Positions 47,601 to 57,893 of a stretch of DNA of 64,000 nucleotides are shown piece by piece. The notes beneath the pieces are model-generated. The model made no database searches. It was not told the DNA's origin and saw only the letters and a program-made list of their open reading frames with translations. A program made the position numbers and the translations under genes. The stretch is from IMG/VR virus record IMGVR_UViG_3300025765_000001. The stretch is one strand, 5' to 3'. Positions within the stretch are counted from its first letter, which is position 1. The number at the start of each line of letters is the position of its first letter. This stretch comes from a virus (Duplodnaviria > Heunggongvirae > Uroviricota > Caudoviricetes).

Positions 47601-49175
47601 ATGCCAGAAAATTGTCCTATTGAGATAACACCATATGCAAAGGCGGAACTACCGCCTGCACAGAAAGTATTCAACCTTAACTACACGAATCAGGATTTCT
47701 GGTCGTTGAAGAGTAGACTGGTTGATTTTACCAAGGAACGGTTCGGCCCAACTGGTACTATCATACCAAACACATTCAACGATCTCGTGGAGTCTTCGAT
47801 TGCTGTGATGCTCATAGAGAATTGGGCATTTCTGGCCGATACTCTATCGTTCAAAATGGACCAGATTGTAAACGAGTTGTTCATCGATACTGTCACCGAG
47901 GTAGAGAATGCCTTTAGACTAGCAAGACTAGTTGGCTTCAGCCCGCAACCGCCGATTGCTGGCAGATCAATGTGGACCGCTATCATTACCAATCCTCAAA
48001 ACACGGATTTGGTGATAGAGACGCCAGTTGTAATTGACATAGTTTCCGAACAAACGGCCACGGCCATAGAACTGTTCCCAGCGGATTCAGAAAACCAACC
48101 GAGATTCGGCGAAGACATCATCCTTCCTGCTGGGGCCTCCATCAATCAAAGTATCATCGGCCTGGAGGGTCGCACCTTCCTTGATACTTTCACAGGATCG
48201 GGAGCGGTCAGTCAGACAATTCAGCTATCGAAAATGCCGGTTATTTGGGACTCGGTGAAAGTACAAGTAGATGGCATCATGTGGGACAAGGTTGATTACT
48301 TCACCGACAGCCAGCCGAGAAGGGAGTTTCGCATAGAGTTTGATTCAGAATGGCGGGCTTTCGTGATCTTTGGTAACAATCGGGCCGGTCTAATCCCGGC
48401 ACCAGGGTCCAGAATCCAAGTGCAATATAGAGTCGGCGGTGGTACTCTTGGCAATATCGTTACCGGCTTTATCGAAACGCAAAGACAGGTAGAAGTCCCT
48501 GGAAAGAAGTTCTCCATCCCTGTGACTTTTAGGAACTATACCAGAGGCGAATTCGGCTACGACGGCGATAACATCGAAGATATCAGAAGGAAACTACCAC
48601 TTTGGTTGAGAACCCAAAACAGGGCTGTGTCAGGAGGAGATTACAAGACCTTGGCGGACCAATTTGCTACGCCGTACAGCGGGCAAATCGGCAAGTCAAC
48701 GGCTGTGTTGAGAAATCATGGCTGTGCAGGCAACATAGTAGACATCTATATTTTAGCAAGAGAAGGTGCTGACAAATTGGCAAGAGCATCCAACGAACTC
48801 AAAATAAAGCTCAACGAAGAGTTGGACAAAAAAAAGATGCTAACAGATTTCATCTGTATCAGAGACGGCGTGGTGTTAGAAGTAGATGTTATGGTAGATT
48901 TGACCCTGGACAAGTTCTACAGGAAATTTGAACTTGAATATCGAGAGAACATCTTGAGGAGAATCAATAGATTTTTCTCGCTGAACAATTGGGAATACAA
49001 TCAGGACTTGAAAAACACCAACTTGATAAAAGAGATATCCGACATCAAGGAAATCAACTCGGTCGAGACAACTTTTGTTACCAGTAACCCAGATAATTCA
49101 GGGGATGTGGTAACAACTAGATTCTACGAAATCATCAGGCCGGGCGATGTCACAATATCCTTCCTGTACGTGTAA
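47601..49175 (+). CDS. Baseplate J / gp6-like wedge protein
   Basis: YTNQDFWSLK, FGNNRAG, YRVGGGTLGN, QNRAVSGGDY. Confidence 0.88.
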   Translation: MPENCPIEITPYAKAELPPAQKVFNLNYTNQDFWSLKSRLVDFTKERFGPTGTIIPNTFNDLVESSIAVMLIENWAFLADTLSFKMDQIVNELFIDTVTEVENAFRLARLVGFSPQPPIAGRSMWTAIITNPQNTDLVIETPVVIDIVSEQTATAIELFPADSENQPRFGEDIILPAGASINQSIIGLEGRTFLDTFTGSGAVSQTIQLSKMPVIWDSVKVQVDGIMWDKVDYFTDSQPRREFRIEFDSEWRAFVIFGNNRAGLIPAPGSRIQVQYRVGGGTLGNIVTGFIETQRQVEVPGKKFSIPVTFRNYTRGEFGYDGDNIEDIRRKLPLWLRTQNRAVSGGDYKTLADQFATPYSGQIGKSTAVLRNHGCAGNIVDIYILAREGADKLARASNELKIKLNEELDKKKMLTDFICIRDGVVLEVDVMVDLTLDKFYRKFELEYRENILRRINRFFSLNNWEYNQDLKNTNLIKEISDIKEINSVETTFVTSNPDNSGDVVTTRFYEIIRPGDVTISFLYV

Positions 49176-49184
49176 AGGAAAACG

Positions 49185-52100
49185 ATGGGAATTAAGAGAC
49201 TAGACGAGTCGCCAACTATAGCCGATAAGGTTGTCATAGATGTGCTGACTCCAGACGAGGATGGATGCTTTCTTGCCAACCCCTATAAGGTTGACAAGGT
49301 GCAGATATTCTACGTAGCAAGAAGTTTCTTTACCAACAACCAATTCTCTTACATCGAACGAATAGAAGATAGCGAACTGGTCGAGAAACTAGAGAAGGCA
49401 AAAAAAGAATACTGCGACGATCCAACAGCGGAAAATTTGGCCGAGGTTGAGTTGATCCAAAAAGAAATCGATGCCTCTGTAAAGACAACGGATTTCAACT
49501 ATAGCGATGCTAGAGCAGTGGCAACCTTTGGAGCCGATGATTTCCCAGCTTGGCTTTCCACAGACATACCGAATGCCCTGATAACAAACATACCAGAAGA
49601 TGCTGATGGAAATCCTCAATACGGAGTCTTCGAGCTTGAGTGGAATCCGGTCGGGATGCGAGAGGGAGACTATTTCGTTTGCTGGACATGGACGCCGCTA
49701 GTAGGAGGACAGAAACTCTCGGCCCACCGACGCTTCATGCTCTTCGGTAGCACGCAGCTAACAACCAGTATCCCCACCCATTACACGAATCCAAAAAAGT
49801 ATCCAACACTACAAGAAAGATACCTGCCGGAAATGTTCAAGAACTACATTTCCGACAACGATTTAACACCAGAGGTACTACAGGAACTCAATTTGTCCGT
49901 AGCCAAAGGCTTCACGTTTGTGGAGGACATGGCAAATCAAATGCAGGATTTGCTAGATGCCAACTCCACACACGAGTCATTGATACCATTTCTAAGCAAC
50001 CTCTTCGGCCTAAAATTGCGATCTAGCGACCCTACTTTGTGGAGGAGGCAAATAAAGAGGGCCGTGCCTCTCTTCAAAAAAAAGGGCACACTAGATGGTT
50101 TGAAGGAGGCTATGGCTCAAGCCGGTATGGTCTTGACCAAATTTGTTCGCTTGTGGCAATTGGTGTCTCCTTATACTTACCAGGAACACTTCACAGTCGA
50201 AGACAGTGGTGAATTTATTCTGTCCAAGACACCAATACTTCCAATCGATGTCAACAACTTCGAGCTTTACTACAGGGGCATAGATGATGAAAACTGGCAA
50301 CAACTAACCAGTGATTATGTCAGCATTGCTATGGTGAGCGGTGTGCCAACTATGACGTGGGTTGGAGACCAACTCTCAATTGACCCCATAGAGCTTGAAG
50401 AAGGCGATGGCATCAGGGTGGTGTACGAAATAATCAATGTACCAAGTGCCCCTGAGCAACAAAAAGAAGATTATATCAGGGCGTTGCCGCTGATGGATCA
50501 ACGGGACGAGCGAGAGATAGCCTATCCATTGAAGAATTGGAATGTAAGGGTAATCGAGGAAGACGACCCGATGTTCGATACCCTTGTACCAGATCGACAC
50601 CCTCACTACGACCCTATTATCTACGGCAAGATAAGGACCGAGTTCCCGTACTCCGAGAATGTTTACAACATGGAAGAGTACAACGGCAGTAAACGAGACT
50701 CTTATAATCCCTGCGACATCGACCGAGATTTCTTGGACGCATGTAGTGCCTGCCTTAGTAGCAAGTACAACGTCGTCATTGAAATCAGCGAACTATCCAA
50801 CGATAGGCTGTTGGAGGCTATGGAAATACTTGAAGAATTCACTCCATTCCATGCCGTATTACACACAATCACGTTCCAAGGCGGTTTCCACGATTTCATC
50901 CAGTCGCCGGTCGAACAGATAGAGGCGTACATTAAGTATCACCAGGAAGACCTTACCATTTCTGGCAATGCACAAATGATATTCAATAGAGACATGGCGT
51001 TCCATGATGACCCATCGCTAATTAAGAGAAATGCCCTGGCTAACAGCACAACTGCGGTGTCCTCAGCAAGTGGCACGGCCAAAAACGATTCTATAGTCCT
51101 GTTTTCGCCCGATGTAAAACTGAGCCACATAGCCATCGACAAGAGCAATCCTAGTCTTACTTTCCTTGAAATACTAGGGGCACATCCTCACGCTGGCGAG
51201 TATTCTATAAAGAACGTGAAACTGCATCACGCCGACATAATCGGCTCTGTTTCCGAGCCAATCAACCAAACATCCTTTAACTTCAGGCTCTCTAATGAAA
51301 AGTTAAAGAAGGTGTCGGCTAGTGTCACTAGAGACAACATAGCCAAACTCTCAGATGAGGAGGTCAATTTTGGTTTGCTTGGCACCAAATCACAATGGGA
51401 TATCGACAACGGCGGCTACTCAGGTGGTCCTTGGAAGATAGATTTCATTTCTCCGATTACAGGCACTTATGATATTCTGGATGTCCTGCCGGACGGTAGC
51501 GTTTCGCTATACGATCCGTCGAACACTTTGCCCACCAGCAACATGAGCGACCTTGAGTATGAATTGCTCGATAACGCCGCCACTCCTTCGGTTCAGGCGA
51601 GTAGCACCACTGGCAAGCTAACCATACACAAGCGTGGCCGAGTAGAGATTGCCAACCCAATACTAGTCAGAGGGGCATCATCGACGGTGGGCGACATACG
51701 CAATCTAATGGAGCCTGGGTATTACGCTCTCATTGGGACGCCTATTGACCAACAATATAAGGTAAGCGGATTTGTAGAAAGTGAGACCGATCAATTTTAC
51801 ATCGACGCCTACGATGGCCCTACTAGTGGCGGTATCACCGTGACGGTCTATCAGCGGGTTGTAGACAATCAGATAGGCTATTTGCACTACAAGGGCCTTA
51901 CCTTGTTAACTGTTGCTAACCATGAAACCGGCCTGCCTATAGTCAATGGACAGAATCCTCCAGCGACACCGCTAGAGAATGACAGGTTCAAAGAAAACTA
52001 CCTTGTGGTGATAGACACCGACTATTTCGCCATCGAGGACATAGATGGCACTACGATCACCTTATCTGGTCCACAAAAGTATTGGACGGTTGCTGGAACG

Positions 52101-52358
52101 GCTGTAACCTACAGCATCCTACACTTTGAAAAATTAGGAGCAACCATACCTGAGCGAGAATCTCCATATACGCCAGGACACACTTTTGAATTCATAGATA
52201 GAAGAGGCAACGATGTGATTGAGGTCGTTACCGAAACTGGCATGTCAATGATGGCAATGGCATCTACCCTTAACGCCGCAAACAACGACCAGTTTGTAGA
52301 CAACATAGGGCAGAAGGAATCCATCACATTCTCGATTAACTGGAAGGAAGAGAAATGA
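49185..52358 (+). CDS. Baseplate wedge (gp7 / P2 gpI-like) protein
   Basis: LIPFLSNLFG...WRRQIKRAVPLFKKKGTLDGL, FTPFH. Confidence 0.7.
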   Translation: MGIKRLDESPTIADKVVIDVLTPDEDGCFLANPYKVDKVQIFYVARSFFTNNQFSYIERIEDSELVEKLEKAKKEYCDDPTAENLAEVELIQKEIDASVKTTDFNYSDARAVATFGADDFPAWLSTDIPNALITNIPEDADGNPQYGVFELEWNPVGMREGDYFVCWTWTPLVGGQKLSAHRRFMLFGSTQLTTSIPTHYTNPKKYPTLQERYLPEMFKNYISDNDLTPEVLQELNLSVAKGFTFVEDMANQMQDLLDANSTHESLIPFLSNLFGLKLRSSDPTLWRRQIKRAVPLFKKKGTLDGLKEAMAQAGMVLTKFVRLWQLVSPYTYQEHFTVEDSGEFILSKTPILPIDVNNFELYYRGIDDENWQQLTSDYVSIAMVSGVPTMTWVGDQLSIDPIELEEGDGIRVVYEIINVPSAPEQQKEDYIRALPLMDQRDEREIAYPLKNWNVRVIEEDDPMFDTLVPDRHPHYDPIIYGKIRTEFPYSENVYNMEEYNGSKRDSYNPCDIDRDFLDACSACLSSKYNVVIEISELSNDRLLEAMEILEEFTPFHAVLHTITFQGGFHDFIQSPVEQIEAYIKYHQEDLTISGNAQMIFNRDMAFHDDPSLIKRNALANSTTAVSSASGTAKNDSIVLFSPDVKLSHIAIDKSNPSLTFLEILGAHPHAGEYSIKNVKLHHADIIGSVSEPINQTSFNFRLSNEKLKKVSASVTRDNIAKLSDEEVNFGLLGTKSQWDIDNGGYSGGPWKIDFISPITGTYDILDVLPDGSVSLYDPSNTLPTSNMSDLEYELLDNAATPSVQASSTTGKLTIHKRGRVEIANPILVRGASSTVGDIRNLMEPGYYALIGTPIDQQYKVSGFVESETDQFYIDAYDGPTSGGITVTVYQRVVDNQIGYLHYKGLTLLTVANHETGLPIVNGQNPPATPLENDRFKENYLVVIDTDYFAIEDIDGTTITLSGPQKYWTVAGTAVTYSILHFEKLGATIPERESPYTPGHTFEFIDRRGNDVIEVVTETGMSMMAMASTLNAANNDQFVDNIGQKESITFSINWKEEK

Positions 52359-52840
52359 ACAACGACAATATCAAAGAATGCTTGAAGCCGAGAGGCGATG
52401 TAGAGATAATCGTGAGGTACAAGGATGGTAGGGAGGAACGGTTCGAGTTCCACAACACGGTTCTAAAAACGGGATGTGAGGCCCTCGCAGCCAGTCTAGC
52501 CAACGAAATAGGCGATACTTACGATTTCTTCATCTGTAGAATGTTGTTTGGCAACAATGGCACTACTGGCGGCGTTCCCAAGTACGTGAACGCAGATAGA
52601 AGCGGCCTATTCGGTCCCACCATTCTAACAAAACCGGTGGTGTCCAATATAGACGCTCAGATACCATCACAGGTTGTGTTTACCTCCGTCATTGACTTCG
52701 ATGAGGTAAATGGGTTTGTCCTTAACGAAATAGCTTTGCAGATGTCCAATAACGATTTGTACAGCATGGCTACCTTCGCTGATCTCAACAAAACATCTCT
52801 CATGCAGATCACTTGGAATTGGAGGCTGAGTTTTGTCTAA
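52355..52840 (+). CDS. Baseplate / tail-fibre attachment protein
   Basis: NGFVLNEIAL...SMATFADLNKT...ITWNWRL, typical of myovirus collar/wedge proteins. Confidence 0.65.
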   Translation: MNNDNIKECLKPRGDVEIIVRYKDGREERFEFHNTVLKTGCEALAASLANEIGDTYDFFICRMLFGNNGTTGGVPKYVNADRSGLFGPTILTKPVVSNIDAQIPSQVVFTSVIDFDEVNGFVLNEIALQMSNNDLYSMATFADLNKTSLMQITWNWRLSFV

Positions 52841-52877
52841 CGGATTGATTGGTTAAAACAACAAAGGATTTAGAGAG

Positions 52878-53255
52878 ATGGGACCACTAGAAGGAATCAT
52901 GTGCCATCGTAAGTTTAGATGGTATTTCGATGCACACGACAAGTACGGTAAAGAAATCTGCCCGGCGATGCATGTCAAGTTCGAGGAGAGACCGTCAAAA
53001 GAAAGGAACATCATTTTATTCAAGATGTACTTTCTGAAGGACAACGAAGCCCAAACTTGCAAAGATAACTTCGCCTATGTCTGCGATGGTTATGCTACTG
53101 CTAGTCTCTACGATGGAACCGGCAATCTGCTTGAAACCTGGGACTTTGATCTAATTACAACAATCCATTCAAGAATTATGGTAGACGGCGATGCATATCT
53201 GATTGAAGTCGGTATGCAATACATCGATGTCTATCACACCATTAGGAAGATATGA
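52878..53255 (+). CDS. Divergent tail-tube (gp19)-like paralog
   Basis: RKFRWYF...LYDGTGNLLETWDF. Confidence 0.45.
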   Translation: MGPLEGIMCHRKFRWYFDAHDKYGKEICPAMHVKFEERPSKERNIILFKMYFLKDNEAQTCKDNFAYVCDGYATASLYDGTGNLLETWDFDLITTIHSRIMVDGDAYLIEVGMQYIDVYHTIRKI

Positions 53256-53505
53256 AAAGAGACAACATCAACTGGATGAGAAGTAGGCTACTCCATGTAG
53301 CTAACCGAGCCAAGGAGCGGCTGAATATAAAGCTCGATGTACATAGTTACTTCAGGCTTTGCGACATGATTAAGAATAGCAGGAGGAAATCCAAGCACGC
53401 TAAGCTGGTGAGAGAAGAGTCCTCGTGCAGACAAATATGGAAGGTTTACTTTAATAGTCTGTGGTTTTTGTCGTCTATGACAGAGACAACAACCTTCTGA
53501 TAACC
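53252..53505 (+). pseudogene. Small gene broken by a -1 frameshift and capped by a TnpB remnant
   Basis: ...RQIWKVYFNSLW continues as FVVYDRDNNLLIT in another frame across a T5 run at 53465. Confidence 0.45.
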
Positions 53506-53660
53506 TACAAGTGCGGCTGCGGTCTTGAGATGGATCGGGACTTGAATGCTGCGTGTAATTTGAGAAATACCGTCAGTTCGACGGCAGGTGGTCGTCGTAG
53601 AAATGAGAATCAAACGCAAAATCTATCACTGTTAGATTTTGGTAGGTTTTGAGGAACGGT
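53503..53660 (+). mobile_element. IS607/IS605-type right-end remnant (TnpB C-terminus plus omega-RNA end)
   Basis: TYKCGCGLEMDRDLNAACNL, followed by hairpin CAAAATCTA..TAGATTTTG and GTAGGTTTTGAGGAACGG. Confidence 0.75.
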
Positions 53661-53667
53661 AAGAAGA

Positions 53668-54300
53668 ATGAAGGCAAAGGTAGAGATCAAAGAGTACCAG
53701 ACCGAGGAAGGTACGGTCTGCAAAGCGATATGGGTAGACGATACACCGTTTGACTGGTACATCGACCCGTCCTACATCATAGGGGCTGCCGTTCGCAGCA
53801 ACCAAAGCGAGTTTGTGAAGAAGGGCGTGGAAGGCAGTCTGCAAAATCACTTCACCAAATCTTTTTCCGAGTTCATGGGAAGGGAGATTTCCCTGGGCGA
53901 AATAGTTTTGGCACTGAGGGATGGGCAGATAGAAAAACAGCCCTTCAGAAACCCTGTTGTCTCTGAAGATGACGGCAGGTTCTACACAAAAGACACTGGC
54001 GGTTTATTTGCAACCGCCGATCTCAAGGAGGGCGACTTCTTTGAGGTCGTGGGCACGCTCATCGGACGGGGCACCGCAGCCGATAAATGCACCAAGTCGG
54101 TTCGTCGTTTCACAACCAAGCCAGACAACACGTTTAAGTACCTCCTGATTCCGGCAGGCTGGGGAAACGTGATACGGGTAACTAAAAAAGGCCAAACACC
54201 CAACGCTCAAATTGTTTACGACGAAGAATCTAGTTCTTGTGCTGTTGCCATCATTCTACTACGAGACATCAAAAAAGATGAGGAAGTGCTTGTATCATGA
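53668..54300 (+). CDS. SET-domain-like protein, probably inactive, with extra N-terminal domain
   Basis: GGLFATADLKEGD, RDIKKDEEVL; lacks the NH motif and the terminal Tyr. Confidence 0.6.
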   Translation: MKAKVEIKEYQTEEGTVCKAIWVDDTPFDWYIDPSYIIGAAVRSNQSEFVKKGVEGSLQNHFTKSFSEFMGREISLGEIVLALRDGQIEKQPFRNPVVSEDDGRFYTKDTGGLFATADLKEGDFFEVVGTLIGRGTAADKCTKSVRRFTTKPDNTFKYLLIPAGWGNVIRVTKKGQTPNAQIVYDEESSSCAVAIILLRDIKKDEEVLVS

Positions 54301-54836
54301 TGCTGGTAGAAGAAACCGATACTAGGTTTTACATCAAGGAATCTACTATCCCGAACGCTGGTTCTGGCCTGTTCGCCAAGGAACCTCTCAAAAAAGACGA
54401 CTTTCTAGAAGTTATCGGCATCCAGGTTCCGAAGAACGGCGAGTCGGATAAGTGTACGCACTACGCAGGCAACTATAAGTTTGCCGCCCAGCAGAAACCC
54501 GGTTTCGATAGGTTGGTCATTCCCCTCGGATATGCAGGCATGATTAACCACACTGATGACAAGTCCAAGCAAAACGTCGAGATGACCAACATCAACCATT
54601 CTGTAAGAAACTCGGCTGGTTCCTCGCTTGTCTATCAATTCATGCGTGACATAGAAAAGGACGAAGAACTTCTGGGAAGTTACGGTGCGGAGTGGGCACA
54701 CATACTTGATTGGGCTGCCAAAAACTCCAAAACGGACGATCAGAAGGCGCAACTGGTGAAAACTGATTGGGAAACCTTGCTATCCTATGACCTATATAAC
54801 CTGAACGATCTCGTCAGAAGGATAAACAAGGAGTGA
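54297..54836 (+). CDS. SET-domain lysine methyltransferase
   Basis: STIPNAGSGLFA, GMINH, RDIEKDEELLGSYG. Confidence 0.85.
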   Translation: MMLVEETDTRFYIKESTIPNAGSGLFAKEPLKKDDFLEVIGIQVPKNGESDKCTHYAGNYKFAAQQKPGFDRLVIPLGYAGMINHTDDKSKQNVEMTNINHSVRNSAGSSLVYQFMRDIEKDEELLGSYGAEWAHILDWAAKNSKTDDQKAQLVKTDWETLLSYDLYNLNDLVRRINKE

Positions 54837-54837
54837 T

Positions 54838-55620
54838 ATGCCGCAAATAGAGCTAATACCAGAAGTTTTCTACCAGGGCCTTCAGCCTTACCATGTAGAA
54901 TACGACAACCTGCCGCTAAAGAACATCATCGATAGAACCGAGTTAATCAATGCGGCGGTTGACATAGCGTTGCAGATTCTAAAGGAATCTGTAGGAACAC
55001 AAGGAACACTGGCTAACAGACTTGCACAATCTATCGAGGATGATGGCGATCTGAAGGCCACAGCTATAGACGAAGCCGCTCACAACATCGGTGCCCATAC
55101 AGATGGCTTATACCTGGGAGTGGATTATGTGAGAATGCTTCAAAGCGAACGAGACAAGCTCTCGCTGATCTCGGACGAAGCCACGGCTTTGAGACTGACT
55201 GTAGATGCAGACCTTCCTTCCACGACCACGGTGAATTTTATTGATGAACAGGTTGAATTAGAACCTTCAGATACTATAAAATGGCAGTTCGTCAGTCCCA
55301 ATAAGGTGAGAGCGATAACAACATTCCCATCGACTGCCGCACACCAACATTTTTACGATGGCGATCCGGTTCTCGAAACTGACAGCACCTACAAGGTGAA
55401 CAGTATTGCCACACCCTACGTCGAAGGCACTCTTCGTGTCTACGTAAACGGCATACGCCTAAGCCAGACCGATTCGGTTTATGTTCCTCCACACACAGGA
55501 CCGGATGGCACTTGGATTCTGACGACCTATACCGAAGATGCTGCAAACGGCAGATTCACGGTTAATAGAACGCTCAACGCAGCCGACATTATCAAGGTGG
55601 ATTACGACAGGCTGTACTGA
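54838..55620 (+). CDS. Putative virion structural protein
   Basis: GTLRVYVNGIRL...IKVDY beta-rich C-terminus typical of tail-associated proteins. Confidence 0.55.
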   Translation: MPQIELIPEVFYQGLQPYHVEYDNLPLKNIIDRTELINAAVDIALQILKESVGTQGTLANRLAQSIEDDGDLKATAIDEAAHNIGAHTDGLYLGVDYVRMLQSERDKLSLISDEATALRLTVDADLPSTTTVNFIDEQVELEPSDTIKWQFVSPNKVRAITTFPSTAAHQHFYDGDPVLETDSTYKVNSIATPYVEGTLRVYVNGIRLSQTDSVYVPPHTGPDGTWILTTYTEDAANGRFTVNRTLNAADIIKVDYDRLY

Positions 55621-55633
55621 TAGGAAGTACAAA

Positions 55634-56188
55634 ATGCCAAATCTAGAACCCGACTTCGGGTTTGTGATTGTATCTCCAGATCACAACTTCGGGCTAATTC
55701 GCTCTACGGCTGCTGGTCTGAGAAATCATTACCCAACCAAACATGTTACGTGTGCGGTTCCTGACAAGACTGCCAAGATTGATATAGATGAAATCAAGAC
55801 GGTCTGCCCAAATGTAGTCAAGGGCAAAGCTACCGTAACCTCTCTTATTAACGTAGGCATCAAGAAAGGGTTCAAGGGGTGGAACATACTGCTCATGGAG
55901 GGAAGTCTGATACGGAAGGACATCCACAAGAAATTGATGTACTTCGTGAAAGGCGAAAAGGACATCCTTTTCCCAATCGTGACCGACTACGATTACCAGG
56001 GAAAACCAATTAGAATCTATGGCAATATTGTAGATAGTACGCTGAATGGGTTTACGATCCATCAGAAAACCTTCAAAGAGATTGGAGACTTCAGCGACAA
56101 CCCAATGGAAATCTCAAGACTGTTTTGGGCACTAAACGCAGTAGATAAGGGGTGTAACTTCAAAGGAATACTAGGTGCTAAGATATGA
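55634..56188 (+). CDS. Degenerate GT-A-fold (GT2-like) protein
   Basis: FGFVIVS, SLINVGIK, KTFKEIGDF pattern; no DxD. Confidence 0.45.
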   Translation: MPNLEPDFGFVIVSPDHNFGLIRSTAAGLRNHYPTKHVTCAVPDKTAKIDIDEIKTVCPNVVKGKATVTSLINVGIKKGFKGWNILLMEGSLIRKDIHKKLMYFVKGEKDILFPIVTDYDYQGKPIRIYGNIVDSTLNGFTIHQKTFKEIGDFSDNPMEISRLFWALNAVDKGCNFKGILGAKI

Positions 56189-56574
56189 TGTGGCCCATAG
56201 ACACTGCGACGGTTAAATGGTACTTCCGAGGCGAAACGCTACGTGGCAAAGAGATAATCAAGAACACACTGCTAACCCCAGAGATTATATTCGTGGAAGA
56301 GGACGGCTCCAAACACCTGAAACTGCTCTTTATCAGACCATCTGAAGACTTTACGAAGTCAATGGACCTATGTGAAGTCTGCTATCTTCAAGTATACGAC
56401 AGCAAGAAGAAACTATTAGAGGAATGGGAGTTTGTTGGGCTGAAGCTAGAGGCGGTCCAACACCCCGTCTATCTTCTACAGTTCGAGGACATGACCCTAG
56501 TGGGCGGCTCCTCACTGGAGAAGGCATTCAGAATGAAGGTGAACAACTTCTGGCTGGATTACACCAAGCCATAA
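56185..56574 (+). CDS. Divergent tail-tube-like paralog
   Basis: KWYF...LQVYDSKKKLLEEWEF, similar to 52878-53255. Confidence 0.35.
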   Translation: MMWPIDTATVKWYFRGETLRGKEIIKNTLLTPEIIFVEEDGSKHLKLLFIRPSEDFTKSMDLCEVCYLQVYDSKKKLLEEWEFVGLKLEAVQHPVYLLQFEDMTLVGGSSLEKAFRMKVNNFWLDYTKP

Positions 56575-57074
56575 ACGTAGTCCCATCGGTCGTATACACC
56601 CCGATATTTACCCGCATTCACATCCCACAGGTACGAAAACAGTTGTTCCCATGAGTCGAACATGGACTCATGAGGGATGAAACCGTAGTACCACAGCGGG
56701 ATGTATTCTTTCCCCTGCTCGCAAACCAGCAAAGTCGGCTTCTTAGCGTTACTGCTATTGATGATCTCGTGGTGCGTTCCGGTCGTCGGTACAGGATATG
56801 GTAGATTTGCGATGATAAAGTCGCTTCTATCAACCATACATAAGTCTTTACGGACGAAAGCCCTGGCGATCCTCGCCATCGTCTCGTAGTCCTTGCTCTC
56901 CCTGGCCTTGTATAGATCGGCAGCCCATTGCTGCTTGGGGTCGGCGAACGGGTCGAACAAATCTACCCCGAACTCTTCTACTAGCACTTTTCTAGGTAGA
57001 TCACGCCAGTTATGACCGGCCCCATGCTCAATAGGGCCAGATAGATAGCACCGCTTGCCTCGTAGAACAGACAT
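56559..57074 (-). CDS. Nucleoside 2-deoxyribosyltransferase-like protein
   Basis: CYLSGPIE, WR, DLCMVDRSDFIIA, TTGTHHEI. Confidence 0.8.
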   Translation of the reverse strand: MSVLRGKRCYLSGPIEHGAGHNWRDLPRKVLVEEFGVDLFDPFADPKQQWAADLYKARESKDYETMARIARAFVRKDLCMVDRSDFIIANLPYPVPTTGTHHEIINSSNAKKPTLLVCEQGKEYIPLWYYGFIPHESMFDSWEQLFSYLWDVNAGKYRGVYDRWDYVYGLV

Positions 57075-57128
57075 TTCAACCTCCTCTAACTCTACTAGGA
57101 TGCCGCATTATCTTTGAAAGGGAATAAA

Positions 57129-57893
57129 ATGTCAATCTCTGAAATAGTACCTGTTACCCCTGTAGTAGCCCTTCAGAAAATAGATGAAGTCCTCAAGCTA
57201 GACCCTGTGGATAGACACAGCTTCTTTCAACTCAAATACTTCGTCATTAACAAGGAGCCTACCCACCAATCCAAACTCTGGAGATGTGTTCGAGAAATAT
57301 CCTCTAGGAAAGATGCTATAGAAGCCATTTTGTTGGAATTAGACGAACAAAAGGACCAACTAGAACTGGCAGGAATTGAAGAAGCACGACTCCACGGCAA
57401 GCCTAGTGCTTTTGGAATAGAGCCGCCCGACGACGAACTATATCAGCGAGAAAAAGAAATCAAGTTACGTCAAGTCAATCGCAAGAAAGACTCGATACAG
57501 AAGAACATACATAATCTAGAAGTGCGGCTCAAGTATGCACAAGAGGAAGCATTGTTCTTCGTTGAGGCATTCAAATCCTTGGAGAAAAAGGAGGAAATCA
57601 AGCCCTTCGATGACCTGGAATCGCAGAAGGAATACTGGAACGAGAAGTTCAAACATAAGTTCAGGTTGAGCAGTATCTTGGGATTCCGCCCCGATCTTGA
57701 TTTGGTCGAAACCATTTTGACTCTCAACGATGATGCCCCTGTGAAGAGAGAAATCGTCGGAATGATAGCCGAAATTCAAAACAGGGCATTAACAGCAGCG
57801 AGGGAAAGGCCCCAACAACAGAAAGCTCTTACCCCGCTGCCGGAAGAGCCGCTGACCCTTAGTACGGTAGATAAGGAAAGAAATGCCAACTAG
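57129..57893 (+). CDS. Coiled-coil phage protein
   Basis: HSFFQLKYFV..EPT...KLWRCVRE; heptad-rich. Confidence 0.6.
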   Translation: MSISEIVPVTPVVALQKIDEVLKLDPVDRHSFFQLKYFVINKEPTHQSKLWRCVREISSRKDAIEAILLELDEQKDQLELAGIEEARLHGKPSAFGIEPPDDELYQREKEIKLRQVNRKKDSIQKNIHNLEVRLKYAQEEALFFVEAFKSLEKKEEIKPFDDLESQKEYWNEKFKHKFRLSSILGFRPDLDLVETILTLNDDAPVKREIVGMIAEIQNRALTAARERPQQQKALTPLPEEPLTLSTVDKERNAN

